NCBI RefSeq assembly: GCF_018977255.1
Contig: NW_024704742.1
Span: forward strand, 133,860,001 to 133,924,000
Direction of reading: 5' to 3'
Length of the DNA: 64,000 nt
DNA from: Callorhinchus milii
Taxonomy: Eukaryota
This document shows positions 49,901-63,900 of this stretch, piece after piece. The notes beneath the pieces were generated by a model. The model made no database searches and had not been told where the DNA came from. It was given only the letters and a program-made list of their open reading frames with translations. The position numbers were made by a program, and so were the translations under genes. Positions within the stretch are counted from its first letter, which is position 1. The number at the start of each line of letters is the position of its first letter.

Positions 49901-50724
49901 TTACATTTCAAGTTGTAATGAGCAATTTCAGGGCAGACACCAGGAAGTTTGCTTTGCCCAGGATGAAGTTCCACAGAACAGGGTCAGAATGGCTGAAAGC
50001 CTACCAGCCGATGGTGGGATACACAGGGTGGGAGATATGAAGCAGGCTGGAGTTTGCTGAGAGCAAGGAGTGGACAAGAGGTAAGGGTTAAAAAGGATCG
50101 TGGAGGTCAGGTGGGGTCACACGTTGGAAGAATTTGAACATGAATATGAAGATCTTGAACTCAGTCTTCTCAGGGGATGGTGAACCAGTGGGGCCGAGCG
50201 AGAATGGGGAATGATAAGCTTGTAGAGCCTGGAATCAGGAGAGGACATGGGCTGTGGAGTTGTGGATAGCGTGCAGCTTGTGTAGGAAAGAGTTGCGAAG
50301 TCTGGCAAGCAGAGTTTTTATGAGGAAAGGCTACAGAAAATCGAAACGTTCACAATAGAGAAGAGATGATTGTGGGGAAAACTTCCTGAAATATTTACGA
50401 TCCTCAGGGGAATAGATAAAGAGAACCTTTGTAATAAGCTTAACATGGTCATAAACTCTATGCAAGAGAACACAGCCTCACGCCTAGAAGAGGGATGGTG
50501 AACAGATGGTTTGGATTTACACGTTTTACACAGAAAATGGTGAATGTGTGGACTAGACTACCCAGGAAAAGCAGATTGTATCAGCAAGACCATGAAGGAA
50601 TGAGGTAGCTGTCTGGTGAAGACATGGACTGAAGGGTATAAGAGATAAGCCTGCTGTTGATATCCTGGTTATTTTGAGACTGATTAGAGACCAAAGTGAT
50701 CCTTTTCTGCTCCTGGACTGTGTG

Positions 50725-51112
50725 TTAGCCTGGCTCAGTTTGGTAGCATTCTCTCTTCAAGACCCACATCGGGACTTAAACTCACATAGCCTTTGCTGAA
50801 ACTCCATTGCAGTGTTGGGGGTGTTCTGCATTGACAGAAGTGCGATACTTCAAATGAGATGTTAAACTGAGATGTTAAAAAAACCATCTGGCTGTCCGTG
50901 TGAACGCTAAAGTTCCTGTGGTGCTATGTGAAAAGAGCTGGGAGTTATCCCCAGTGTCCTGGCCATCAATCCTCCAAATAAGGTTGGTCATTCACTCCAT
51001 GGCTGCTTCTGGGACATTGCTGTGCACAAATTGTTCACGTTCATATAAAATACATACAGTCACATCACGTTGCAGCATATCCTGTGAGACGCCTCGGCAA
51101 CGCAATGATAAT
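50725..51112 (+). mobile_element. Deu-SINE, degraded
   Basis: agcctggctcagtttggtagca head and Deu core. Confidence 0.8.
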
Positions 51113-51493
51113 AAATAACACTCCTTGCATTTGATATAGCGCCTTATCATGTCTTCGAGACATCGCAAAGTGCTTCACAGAATACACTGTAAAGTGAATT
51201 GACTGTATATTTTGTGGACAAAAACACAGCAGCCATTTGTGCACAACAGTGTCCCACAAACAGTCATTGATTGAGTGACCAAATAATTACTTCTAAAAAA
51301 AATTTGGAGGGATTATTACTCCTGGGGAAAAGCGATCCACCCATCAACTAACAACCAGGTTCCTACTTACTGCTTGGTAACCAGAGGCATGTGGAATAAG
51401 GAAACTTACCCAACGTTTCATCCTACCTGGGAATCGAACCCAGGTCCTTTCGCTTCCGAGGCGATTACTCTAAGCACCAAACTACAGGACTCC
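51113..51493 (-). mobile_element. SINE family A, long form, full-length
   Basis: Head, long block, tail. Confidence 0.92.
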
Positions 51494-51549
51494 ACAAGTC
51501 TCTAACTCAAATGTAAGGATTATTTTATCACTATTAAAGCAATTCATGT

Positions 51550-51750
51550 AACATTTCAGAATTTGGCAATCTTAAGCTTAGTTTTAATTTTGAACCTGTT
51601 TTCTTCCGAAACGATCTTCTAGGGACTACTGGGGAAAAGAAACGACTTCAAAGTTAACACTGAATTCAACAGTTTGCCAAGTTCTAGATCCTCCGAAAAG
51701 CTAAGAAAACAGAGTAAAACTAGACATGGGTGAGATAGCAGACCTATGAA
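51550..51750. repeat. Unclassified old repeat 'family Z'
   Basis: Collinear with 53455-53660 (acttcaaagt...tgaattcaaca.tttgccaa.ttct...ctagac..gggtg). Confidence 0.65.
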
Positions 51751-52139
51751 CGCTTCTCTACCCCTGGGGTTCTCTCTCCTTTCAAAGTTTCTGAAAGACG
51801 TTACAAATATAATAAGGCAGCAAGGTTTCACAGCTTGCGGAGAAGGGAAAACAGTGTGCGGAACAGGTTTTGTAACACGGGATTCAGAGGCTAGCAGGTG
51901 GGATGAAAACATTCTCTAACAAGCCTTGGGCAACCTTCCACCTCCCACTCCTGCCCCCCACCAATGGTGTTTATCTTCAACATTTTCTTTGGATAACCCT
52001 GCAATATGAAAGACCGCTGCCAAGTGAACTTTCCAATCAATCTGAGACCTCACCCCAGCTATTCACCATCCCGTGTGACCTACATCTGTTGCTCAGTATC
52101 ATGACCGTAATGGGCCACATGGGAATGAAGTTTCCACTT

Positions 52140-52835
52140 TACTCACACATAAACTCATGCTTACACATACCCACACACACAGAGCATAGATACACACACC
52201 ATACACACATACAAAACTCACGCACACACACATAAGGAGACATACACATGCACACAAACACACAATCATAGATACACAAAGACACACCCACCCACACAGA
52301 CATACGCGCATACACACACATATACACACATAGATACAAACACAAAGATCACAGATACACACACATACATACACTCACACACCTGCACACATTCATGACA
52401 TACATACACACACAGAGAAACCCACACATACAGACACACATAGAGAAACTCACACATACAGACACACACGCATGCACAGAGACACATACAGATCAGACAC
52501 ACATACAGACAAACATACAGAAACTCTCACATGCACACAAAACTCACATGCACACACAGACACACATATACAACATTTGTGTAGCGCCTTTCATGTCGGG
52601 AAGACGTCCCAAGAACATACAGAAACACACATGAACACAAAGATCACAGATACACACAAACATATCATGGATCAGATGCACACACAGAAACTTTCTCACA
52701 CACACACAAATTCACATGCACCTGCACAAACAGGAACACACACACATACAGACAGATACACACTGAAACTCACACAGACATCCACAGACACACACAGAAA
52801 CTCTCTCACACACACAGGCACATGCACATGCACAA
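52140..52835. repeat. Degenerate (CA)n-rich low-complexity tract with an embedded L2 tail (~52570-52612)
   Basis: Base composition. Confidence 0.9.
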
Positions 52836-53075
52836 GAATCTTACAGATGAAGAGATTCAAATGTCAAGAAATAATAATCCTTGCATTTGATATAGCACCT
52901 TATCATGTCTTCGAGACGTCTCAAAGCGCTTCACGGATTATACTGTAGAGTGAATTGACTATATATGTAAATAATGTTTCACCCATGAATTATTATGAAA
53001 TAATTGGTGGATATCAACCAATTACAATATTACTGAAATTTTTTTTTGTAGTGCACTGGGAATGCAATTGGGGAG

Positions 53076-53650
53076 AATTTCTGCCCGGGTCGAGGTTTAC
53101 TTGTCCATGTACTATTTCGAGGCATCCAGAGTTTGGCAGGTTGTTGAATTCATGCTGTAATCTTTATGTGCCCCCTGACCATTGACAGGCATGCTTATAA
53201 GCCATTCTGCCCCCGCTGTCTTGAATTCCATCTTGGAGTCTCTCCAACTCACTCTCTCCATTCCTCCCTCCCTTCCCCTCTTTCAAGATACGTCTCAAAA
53301 TGTAGCTGTTTGACAGTGCTTTCACCCATCTTTCCCCTCCTCACTCACGCCCCCAGCTCAGATGTCCATCCAGCACTTTGAAGAACTTTGGAACATCCTC
53401 TTGACGTGAAGGGTGCAGTATGTGCAAATTATATTATTTTGCACTCTGTTGATGTAGCATTTTCGAGCGCCCAGAATTTGCCAAATTCGTAAATCACAGC
53501 CTCAATTTTTGAAGCCTGGTTTCTGTAACTTTTATTTAAGGTTCGCAGAAATACCAACTTCAAAGTGAAGAGTGAATTCAACAATTTGCCAAATTCTGCA
53601 CTCTGTGAAATGCTACAGAAACAGAATAAATCTAGACCCGGGTGGAATTT
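53076..53650. repeat. Family Z inverted arms (53076-53151 vs 53574-53650) flanking an L2 3' fragment (53170-53430)
   Basis: Imperfect reverse complementarity over ~75 bp. Confidence 0.65.
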
Positions 53651-54395
53651 CTGACGGTATCTGTGTAACTCACTGCCCGAAGGAGAGGAAGTGAATAGAG
53701 TGGTGAACAGTGTCGAAGACGGCAGAGGGATCGAGAAAGACAAGGAGGTAAAGGTGGCCCTGGTCACAGATAGATAGAATGTCACTGTAAGTTTGACTTA
53801 CGCTGTTTGTGTTCTGTGGGCAACATGGAAAATAGGGGGTCAACTGGTTTGACTGTGTTTTGTAGGAGAACGCAGCAGCCAATTTTCGACCAGCAATGTC
53901 CCACCAACAGCCTTGAAGTACATGATGAATTTAAGTTAGGGTATTGTTCTCTTTTTTGATTAGTGGGAAAGGCGACAGTCCTAACAATTGAGTCAGGCTG
54001 ACACCTGACATATTGTGGCCTCCTGGTAGTGGGGAGGGTTCCCAGGACTGAGGCGCTGGTCCCATCCTGTCACAGGTTCCAGTTTGAATATTAACATTTC
54101 TAAGTAATATCTGTTTCTTATTATCTTGCTAACTCATTACCCATTTACAACTTCCTGCTTAATCCCTGGTGCCGGGAGAATCTGCCGGGATACCGGAATG
54201 CCTATCAGAAAAGTGTTTTATTATTGAGGGGGATAATCACATATCCAGACCAGAGGTGCTCGCAGGTCTTCACACAGATGGTCCCTTTTGTTCAGGTCAA
54301 CAACAAGCATAATTTAACATGGGATTAGTGAGGTTTTCTAAATGATGGAATTTGTTCTTCCTGGTACATTAACAAAGTACAAAAGAACTCCATTA

Positions 54396-54593
<198 letters not shown>

Positions 54594-55064
54594 TAATCAT
54601 TTTGACCCACAAAATGGCCAACGTCAGGGTCATCAAGTAGCCACTGATGTGACTTCCTGTGCACCGAGATGTTACTGATTTCATTTTATGCACAGGAAGC
54701 ACTGGTGATGTCACTTCACAATCGAACATGAATAAAGTGACATCAGCGGCAACCTAATAACCCGGAAGTTGTCCGTTTTTTCATGCCTCACTTAAAACAT
54801 GGCCTCTAAATTATTGGATCCAGTGATAAGTTATAAGAACGTTCTCCCCATACATTCAAACTGGATGTTGAGTACTTTAGCCACGTTTCATGATTTTTGT
54901 TTCTTTGTTCAATATGCACACAATTCGGGGCAAAGCTTTGCCTAAATCAAATCACCGAAGGAGCCACATTTTATAGTCCAACAATAGTCCAATTTTATAG
55001 AACAAAGAAAAAAAAACAAATAAGTGTGCCTTATTAGCCATGTCAGTTCGCTGACACAACAACT

Positions 55065-55292
55065 AAATAATAATAATCCTTGCAATTGATATAGCGCTTT
55101 TCACGTCTCCTAGATGTCTCAAAACGCTTCACAGAATATACTGTAAAGTGAATTAACTGTATATTTGTGGACGAAACATGGCAGCCAATTGCGCACAGCA
55201 GTGTCCCACAAACAGTTGTGGATGAAGTGACCAATTTATTATTGGTTTTTTTCTTGAGGGATTATTATCAGGTGTGTGGATTAAGGAAACTT
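55065..55292 (-). mobile_element. SINE family A, short form, headless
   Basis: Tail through aaggaaacttg. Confidence 0.88.
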
Positions 55293-55570
55293 GAATGAAT
55301 GGATATAATTGACTTTAAATTTCAGAACACTTTGGATAGAGTTTCACATGTGAGCTTTTTTCTAGGATATTTAAATGAAATTAATGGAAACTCAGACTGG
55401 AAACTGGTTTGAAATTATTTTATGGAGTCTCAGAATAGAGATTTTCCTTGGGGAGTCCTGGTGAGTGAAATTGGGGAGGATTAACTATTCGTGGAAGGAG
55501 AAAGCATATTTTTTCTTGTTCCATGTATTCTTAAATTAGTATCTTCTAAATCCTCACAGGGTAAACAATT

Positions 55571-56017
55571 AATAATAATGATCCTCACATTTGAGAAAGC
55601 GCCTTTCATGTCAGGAGAATGTCTTAAGGTGCTTCATAGGAAATATTGTAAAGTGTATATGAATGTGTAATTTGGAAGCAAATGTGGCAGCCAATTTTCA
55701 TACAGCAATATCCCACAAATAGCTATGAAATGAGTGACCAATTTTATTTGGAAGATTGTTGGCCAGGAAACCAGGAGAAACACCCTTCCTTTTTTAAATA
55801 GTGCCACGGGATGTTTAACGTCCACTTGAACAGGCAGACGAGACCTCGGATGTCTCATCTGAAGGGCAGCACCTCCAACAATGCAACGCAATGCTCTCTT
55901 CAGCACTAGACATGAGTATCAGCCGAGACTGTGAGCTCAAAGTCTCGACATGGGGCATGAACCCAGAACCTTCTGACTCAGAGGAGCAAGTGCTACCGAG
56001 CCTCAGCCTGACTGACA
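55571..56017 (-). mobile_element. Deu-SINE, full-length
   Basis: Tail, Deu core, head. Confidence 0.9.
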
Positions 56018-56429
56018 ATCTTCAACGACTGTTCCCATTTGCTTTATTGGTTGAAATGAATATTTATAGGCATTTAATATTTCCATAATTCTTTCTATTT
56101 TATACTTTAATCCCCCACCAAAAAAAACATTGTTTCTTGAAAGGGAAAGACCAAAATAGAAGAAAAGCCTACATTTTGTTCAGCCATCCTGAGCCTGAAT
56201 TAATCTGATACCATCTCTTTGGCTGACAGATACCAGCCCCATATCAATTAATTATAATAGTTACCAAATGTGCCCCTTCAAGGAATGACATTATATTTCC
56301 AAGCAACTACATCACAGTAGTTTCGTCACGAACCCCATTGTTAAATTGAGATGCCAAACCCAACCCCCACCTTGTAGGATATCACCAGTACATGAGAGAG
56401 GTTTGGATGAAGAAAACCAGGCGTGGGGG

Positions 56430-56456
56430 TGCCAGCCTGGCACAGTGGTAGCACCA

Positions 56457-56487
<31 letters not shown>

Positions 56488-56838
56488 GCCCCACGTCGCG
56501 ACTTGGAATCAATCACATGGTCTAAGCTGATACTCCAATGGGGTGCTGGGGCGTGTTGCGCTGTCGGAGGTGCCGTCCTTCGGATGAGATGATAAATTCG
56601 GGCACCATTAGCCTGTTCAGATCCCAAGGTGCAATTTGAAAAGAGAAGGGAGTTTCTGTCCTGGCCAACAATCCCCTAAATAAAATTAGTCACTCACTCC
56701 CTGGCTGTTTGTGGGACATTGCTGCGTGCAAATGCCATGTTTCACCCACAAAACACACTGTCAACTTATAGTATATCCTTCTTTCAGACTTCTGAATGAC
56801 ACGATAAGGTGCTATATCAAATGCACGCATTATTATTA
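56430..56838 (+). mobile_element. Deu-SINE, full-length
   Basis: tggcacagtggtagc A-box, gggttcaagccc B-box, ggaggtgccgtccttcggatgaga Deu core. Confidence 0.92.
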
Positions 56839-57724
56839 AGACCCTGTTGCATCTCATCCTGGAATCAAGGGAGACTGACGAGAAGAATGTTGGAAATTAT
56901 TTCCATTATTATTTCTCAAGGGATATGGGGCAAAGGCATGGCAAGGAATTGGAGTGGAGGTACAGATCAGCCACGGTCCAATAGAATGGTGGAACAGGCT
57001 TGAGAGGCTGAATGGCCTACTCCTGTTCCTATGAAAAAGTACAAAGAGCATCTAAAGAGTTAAATGGGCAGCGTTAATAAGGCAGCCATAGGCCCTATGG
57101 GAGGTTCATTACAGTACTAAGAACTTCTCTAACTCAAGGTCACTTTTCTTGGTAACAATCCAGTGTTAGCTTTCTGGATTTTTTTTTAAAGTAATTTCCT
57201 GAGGCTCACGCCATTAGCCTGATTACAAAGGCCATGAATTGCATCAAATATCTTTTGTGCGTTCACTCTAAAAGGTCCCTTTTTCTCAGCTTTTCCCACC
57301 GCACGTCTGGCTGTGGAGCTGAACCGGACAATCTTCCCCTTTGTTGTCAGGCTAAAGGGGCCCGATCGGCATTAAGTGAAATGTGCACAGCTTTCTCTTT
57401 TGTGCAGGGTAGCTGTCTCGCAGACATCAAGCGAAGGCAATCCAAAATAACAAGGATGTAATATAGCGTCTCCTTTTTAATCATCATATATTGGTTTTGG
57501 CTTTGAAATTACCATGGGTCAGACTGCAGACCATGCTGAATTTCTCTGCCTGACGTACAAGAAATGGAACTATGGTATAGACTCTTTACCACAACAACAG
57601 CTTGGGTGTACAGAGGACCCTTGCAGTGACTGGGTTATACGTAGAACAGAGGGGATGTGACCACAAGTGTGATCAAGGAGGTAGGTTTTAATATGGGACT
57701 TGTAGACAATTGGGTGGGGAGGTG

Positions 57725-58200
57725 AAACAACAACAGCAACTTACATTTATATAGTGCCCTTCACGAAGGGTAGTGTCCCAGAGTGCTTCATGGTGGTGGA
57801 GTCTGCCAATGAACCAAGGGGAGAGGGAGGGGGGAGGTGACCATAAGCACGATCAAAAAGGAAGGTCTTTAGGTGGGATTTGAAGGTGGGGAGGGAGGAG
57901 ACAAGGCGGAGGGATTGAGGGAAAGAGTTACAGAGTTTCGGGGCGTAGTGGCTGAAGGCACAGGCACCGGTGGTGGAGTGGAGGGCACCAGGGACAAAAA
58001 GGAGGCCGGTGGGTGGTGGAGTGGAGATTAAGGAGTTCGGATAGGTAGGGAAGTGCGGGGGAACAGAACTTAGAGCGGCTAAGAGCATAGAATCTGAAAG
58101 CACAGCCTCCGAAGGTGGTGTGGAGAGAGCAAAGGATGTGGAGTAAGCGCGAGTTAACTGAGCAGAGGGGGCAAGCGGAGGCATACAAGACAATGTTTGA
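57725..58200 (-). mobile_element. L2 3' fragment
   Basis: AFSHYAPKLCNSFPQSLR...FKSHLKTFLFDRAY; tail. Confidence 0.85.
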
Positions 58201-59714
58201 GAGCCATAAAATCCCAACGTAAGACACCGGTGAAGCCCAGTTTCACTGCGTGTGCCACAGACTCTTCCCGCGTCCAAGGAAAACATTGGCCGACGTCCGC
58301 GTTATGGGATCGCTGCCAACGTCACTCAGAATGCAAAGCAGAAAGTGACACCAGGGGCCACCTTCTGCCATTTCAGCGTGAACAAGCCAGCCAGCGTGCA
58401 GGAAGTGAGCACAGGGAATGGGGTACACTCTGCAATTGCATTAAAACTATAATAATAATCCTTGCATTTGATATAGCACCTTATCCCATCTTTGCGACAT
58501 CTCAAAGCGCTTCACAGTCAATTGCGCTCAGCAGTATCCCACAAACAGTCACATCTCAAGCAGTTTGTTTCACTGAACAGGAAGGTAGAGCAGAGGGAAA
58601 TGCATTTCTTTACTTGCTGAAATATAATGTTAATAATGGGGCGTACTGTAAGAACAAGGTGCTGTTGCTATTGTCTGGAACTCTACATTCCCCCATTTTG
58701 CCCCCTCTTTGCAAGAACCTGAATACTTTCTTCTTTGACCGTGCTTACTCCCCCTCCCTTTTCTCCCTGGCTTAAAGTCAAATTTCACCATTTTTAAGCA
58801 CTCTGAGACACTACTCCCCTCCCCCCGTCCAAAGGTCACTATATAAATACAAGTCGTTAATACCATTATTCATACAATACTTTCTGTATCATCACCTTTA
58901 TTGTTAATCCCACTTTCCAGCTCTTTCTCCATACCTATTAATAGTTTTACTTCTCAGTTGTTTATCCAGTTCACTTCCAGAGTTACAAAATGACAATTAA
59001 GATAATAATCCTTGCATTTGATATAACGCCTCTTTGAGACGCTCAAAGCGCTTCACAGATTATACTGTAAAATGAATTGACTGAATATTTGTGGGCAAAA
59101 CACGGCAGCCAATTGCACACAGCAATGTCCACAAACAATTGTGGATTGAGTGACCAAATTTATTTTTTCAAATGTATTATTTTACTGGGTTTTACTGGGT
59201 TATTTTGTTACTGATCCAACCTTGCATTCACGCAAAGCCTTTCGCATAGAATGAACATCTTGAAACTACAAGATGAAACCAGATAATTTTTATTTCTAAT
59301 CTCTGGAGGTCAATTTAATCTGACTTGGTTAATCAATTTAATCTGACTTGGTCACATGCCGTGAGTTTTAGAAAATCTTTGTAATTTGCACAAAAAAATG
59401 AAATAAATACTTTGGCAGAACACATCACTACAAAGGATGCTGGAGTACAAATTCCGTTCAGCAATTATGATGATAATCCTTGGATTTGAATCGGCGCTTT
59501 TTACATCAGAAGAGCGTCTCGAAGTGCGTCACAAGATCTACTAGAAAGTGTAGCAACCATGTATTTTGTAGGCAAATGAAGCCACCAATTTGTGCGCAGC
59601 AATGCCCCACAGACAGCCATGTCCATATTTATCTGGGGGATTGTTGGCCAGGTTACGGGAGAAACTTCCTTCTCTTTTCGAGTAGTGTCACTGGTAGTAT
59701 TTTTTTNGGGGGTG

Positions 59715-60210
59715 AGATGCGGAAACCCATCACCAGACTTTGGATACCATGCTTAAGAGTATCCAAACCAGAATGACAGTTCCCAGTACATTATCCCGCT
59801 GACACACAGAAAATTCTCTGGAGGAATGCACCCTGTTTACCTAATTCTAGGGAGCATTAGGCACAGGTTGGCAAGAGCCAAGTCTTGGGGAACCCAAGAA
59901 TATACGCTGGAGTAACTGCTGGAGTCTAACCAGCTAAAACCACATAGCTTGCCATGAGGGAACTAAGCTGGGGCCACTCTACATCTTGTGGCTTTGGTTT
60001 GCAGGGTTAACAGAAGCTGAGTGGAAAGAAGCCATGACCTTCCAAGTTCTGCCAATGAGCCAGGCTGGCTGGTCTGTCATCAGTTGTGCCCTGGAATACC
60101 ACAGATTGGCTTGGTTCAGGACTAACGAGAGAGATCACCATAGAGGGTTAATTCAATTCTGCTATTGTTAGGATCAGTTCAGGTCCAAGGGAAACCCAAC
60201 TTACCGCCCC
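59715..60210 (-). repeat. Family X copy with internal deletions
   Basis: Reverse complement begins gcggtaagttgggtttcccttggacctga and ends ggatactcttaagcatgg...ggtgatgggtttccgcat. Confidence 0.75.
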
Positions 60211-61419
60211 CACCTCTTCCACGAAGAGGAACATATATACCACTGTATATATTGCTACATAACAAAGTGCCACATCTGCTTAATTTCATCACAGTTTAAA
60301 ATATTTCAACAACAACAACATCAAAATTACATTGATAGAGCGCCTTTCAGGTCGGGAGGACATCCCAAGGCCCTGATGATGCCTGGTGTATGCAACTTGA
60401 GAGAGTACCACTGGCACTTTTTTGTCAGCTGGAGAGCTTGACAAGTGCACAGACCTCTTGCCTCGATAAGAGCATTGAGTTCCAGCTGTTGATAATTGTG
60501 GAGAGATCAATCTCTTTCTCGCTGCCTCTGCCTTTGCAAAGAGTTACTCTACATGAAACTCGAGTTGTTATAATATTAATAATAATCTTTGCATTTGGTA
60601 TAGCGCCTTATCACGTCTTCTAGACGTCCCAAAGAGCTTCACAGAATACACAGAATACAGTAAATTGACCTGTATATTTTGTGGATGAAACGCATGTTGT
60701 AGCAGCAATTTGCGCACAGCGGCGTCCCACAAACAGTCATAGATTGAGTGACCAAATTTTCTTATTTGTCATTGCTGTAGATACAAAGCAAGTTTTGAAA
60801 TACGATGGAATTTTGCCACATATTACGTCTCAAAATGACTGCTTATAATTTATTTCTTGGCTGATCGATTATGCTTTCCCTGGCCCAGGGACTTTGAGGC
60901 TAATTGCAGCCCAGGGTCACTTTACTTCACCTTCACCATAACACGCACATCTGGAGATCGCAGCAGGCAGAACCTAGGTCCTCTAAAGGTCACAGAATAC
61001 TGCTCAGAAGATACTCCAACTCTTTCTTTCCCAGTAACTGAAGGCCGTGGCACTTCTGAGTTTCATAAGGAGCACGAGTAGATTATTTCTAACTATTAGC
61101 AAGTCCATAATAAGGGCCCATTTAAAAATGCAAGATAGTGACTAATGGAGCTAAAATAGTTTACACATAGTGTGCTGACTATGCCAGAAACTTAAAAACA
61201 TCCGTGCATTTAAGTGTAAAGTTGATGAACATGTGAGGGAGAAGGGAATAGAGTCCAGGAAAAGGAGGAGAGCAGGTGGTGGGGGGATGGGGGGAGAGGA
61301 CTCTTGGAGTTGAATAGATAAAACTGTGAAAGTCACCATTATAAAGCATGAGAAAGCTGGTTGTTGCTCCTCCAGTTAGCAGAGGCTTAAATGTTACAGC
61401 ATTAACCTCCAAGGTTGTT

Positions 61420-61745
61420 GCACATAAAGTGAATAATCAATTTTATTTGGGGGATTGTTGGCCAGGAGACCGGGAGAGAGAATCTCCGTTCTCTTTTTGA
61501 ACAGTGCCATGGGATCTTTAACGTCCACCTGAACAGGCAGACGGGACCTTGGATTGACGCCTCCTCCGAAGCATGGCATCTCCGACAATGCAGCATGTCT
61601 CCCCCACACCCACCCCTTCTCACCTCCCGAGCATTTTATTGGAATATCAGCGTAGAATGTAACTTCAAAGTTCCAATGTGAGGCTTGAACCCGCAGCCTA
61701 CTGACTCAATGGTGAGAGTGCTACCAAGTGAGTCAGGCTGACACC
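61420..61745 (-). mobile_element. Deu-SINE (head and core)
   Basis: gtgccatgggatctttaacgtccacctgaacaggcagacggg. Confidence 0.88.
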
Positions 61746-61889
61746 TGAATCGAGGTATTATCTGGCTGTTCAGGTGAATTGAAGGGTTTATCTGGGGGAT
61801 TACTGGCCAAGACACCGGGAGAAACTTCCTTCTCTTTTCGACTAGTACCATTTAATCTTAAACATCCACCTGAATAGGCAGACCGTCAG

Positions 61890-62312
61890 AACTGTTCTTC
61901 TTAGAGCAGAAAAGTTTAAGGAGAGATTTAATAGAGGTGTTCAAGATTATGAGCGGATTTGATAGAATAAATAGGGAAAAACTGCTTCCTCTGGCAGGTG
62001 GGTGGGTAACCAGAGGACTCAGATTTAAGTTAATTGGCAAAAGAACCAGAGGGGAGACGAGGAGAATTTTCTTTTTACCCAGAGAGTTATTTGGATCTGG
62101 AATGCACCACCTGAAAGGGTGGTGGAAGCAGCTTCAATAATAGCTTTCAAAAGGAAATTGGATATTTACTTGAAAAGGAAAAAAATTGCAGGGCTATGGG
62201 ATAAGAACGGTGGAGTGGGACTAGTTGGATAGTACTTTCACAGAGCCGGCAAAGGCATGATGGGCCAAATGGCATCCTTCTGTGCTGTAATATTCTATGA
62301 TTACATGATTCT
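61890..62312 (+). mobile_element. CR1 3' end
   Basis: LFFLEQKSLRRDLIEVFKIM...TRG.RFKLIGKR; tail atgggccaaatggc...ttctatgatt. Confidence 0.92.
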
Positions 62313-63249
62313 AAGTTGCTCCTAAACTCTATTTTAGCTCTATTATCTTAATGGCTATCTCACATTTATAAATGAGCTCTTGTTATGGACTCGCTAACAG
62401 TTAGAAACAATCTATTCATGTCGAATGGCCTCCTTCTGTGCTGTGAAATTCTATGATTCTAACAGGAAGTGCAGAGCTGAGCCCAGCTTGCTTACATCTG
62501 TGTGCGACACCAGAATTTGAAGAGTCTTAGATGCTCTGCAGCTTGAAAAATATTTACCACATGGTGTCAGCGAGCTGATAATATGCTGCGCGGGGACTTT
62601 GCCTTCCACAGGCTATGTTGGATGAAAATGTGGCAGAATAAGTTACATGATTAAGATGTGATTGGAAACGTCTGCAGCCTTAAGCTCTCCAAGCCACATG
62701 ACCAAATGCAGGCTGGATCCAAGGCTGCAACACGCACTTATGTCCTCATAACTTTAATCCACTTTATAATATATTCTGTGAAGCGCTGTAAGACATCTCA
62801 ACAACATAATAATATATCAAATGTAAGGATTATTATTACTCATAATGTGAGCTCCCACTATGACGAATTTATGAGGTTCTTGCTATATTTAGCAAAGGGA
62901 ATCTAATTGATCCCTGTGTTATTTGTTTGTTTCTCTATTTGTTTCTTGGTTTGTTGTATGTATGTATGTATGTATGTGTGTGTGTATCTATGTATGTATG
63001 TATGTATTTAGTCAGAATAATAATCCTTGCATTTGGTATAGCATCTCAACACGCTTCACAGGATTTATTGTAAAGCTTAGTGACTGTGTATTTTGTAGGC
63101 GAACTCAGCAGCCCAATTGAACGCAGCAACGTCCCACAAGCATGAAGCAAATGACCAATTTGATTTAGGGGATTATTGGCCAGACTGCTTGTCTTATTTA
63201 TTTATTTGCTTGTTTGCTTGTTTCTTACAAATGACTCATCCATTGGAAT

Positions 63250-63900
63250 CACTGGCTAGCTTCCCACTGCTTGTCCAGCAAACTGTTTGGCTTGCAGAGT
63301 TAACAGGAGTTTGGACGTTTGCCCCTTCTAGTCTTGCTGAGCAGCCAAGCTCTTCATCCTGAAGTACAACGGACCCGCCTGGCTCAGGAACTGCACTACA
63401 AAGAGTTCCCACAGAGGGTTGGTTGTTTCTGATATTCTGTAGCCAGGTCTTAGAATCGATTTAAGCCAAAGAGCGTGCATTGGGATAAGGTTTACTTGCC
63501 ATTGAAAACGCTGTTTGCCAAGCTTCCCACTGCTTGTACAGCTCAGACCACCATCTTTTTGGGCTTTGACTTGCAGCTTGACAGGAGCTGAGTGAGAAGA
63601 ATCCTTGCCCTCAGTGACTGATCTGTTCGTAATAATAATAATACTTGCATTTGATATAGCACCTAATCACATCGTTGAGAAACTTCAGAGCGTTTCACAG
63701 AATATATTATTAAGTGGATTAACTTTATTGACTAATTATTATTGATTAATTAGTATTAATATTGAATATTGATTGATTTTCCACAACCGGCTGACAAGCC
63801 AAGGTGTTTGGTCTGTCATCAGCCCTGGAGTACTTTGGACCTGCCTGGTTCAGGAACAGGACTACCGAGAGAGACCACCTCAGAGGGTGGTGGACTTCGA
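63250..63900 (-). repeat. Family X fragments, interrupted by a SINE tail
   Basis: agcttcccactgcttgt(c/a)cagc occurs twice; gg(c/t)tcaggaac; gagagaccac. Confidence 0.65.

Noticed and set aside
52099..52948. Cys/Val- and His/Thr-rich ORFs
   Set aside because: Translations of the degenerate (CA)n tract.
58197..58775. 192-aa ORF
   Set aside because: It reads through a SINE tail and an L2 tail; a chimeric chance ORF.
59707..59707. Single N between a Deu-SINE remnant and a family X copy
   Set aside because: An assembly ambiguity, not a biological feature; adjacency across it should be treated with caution.
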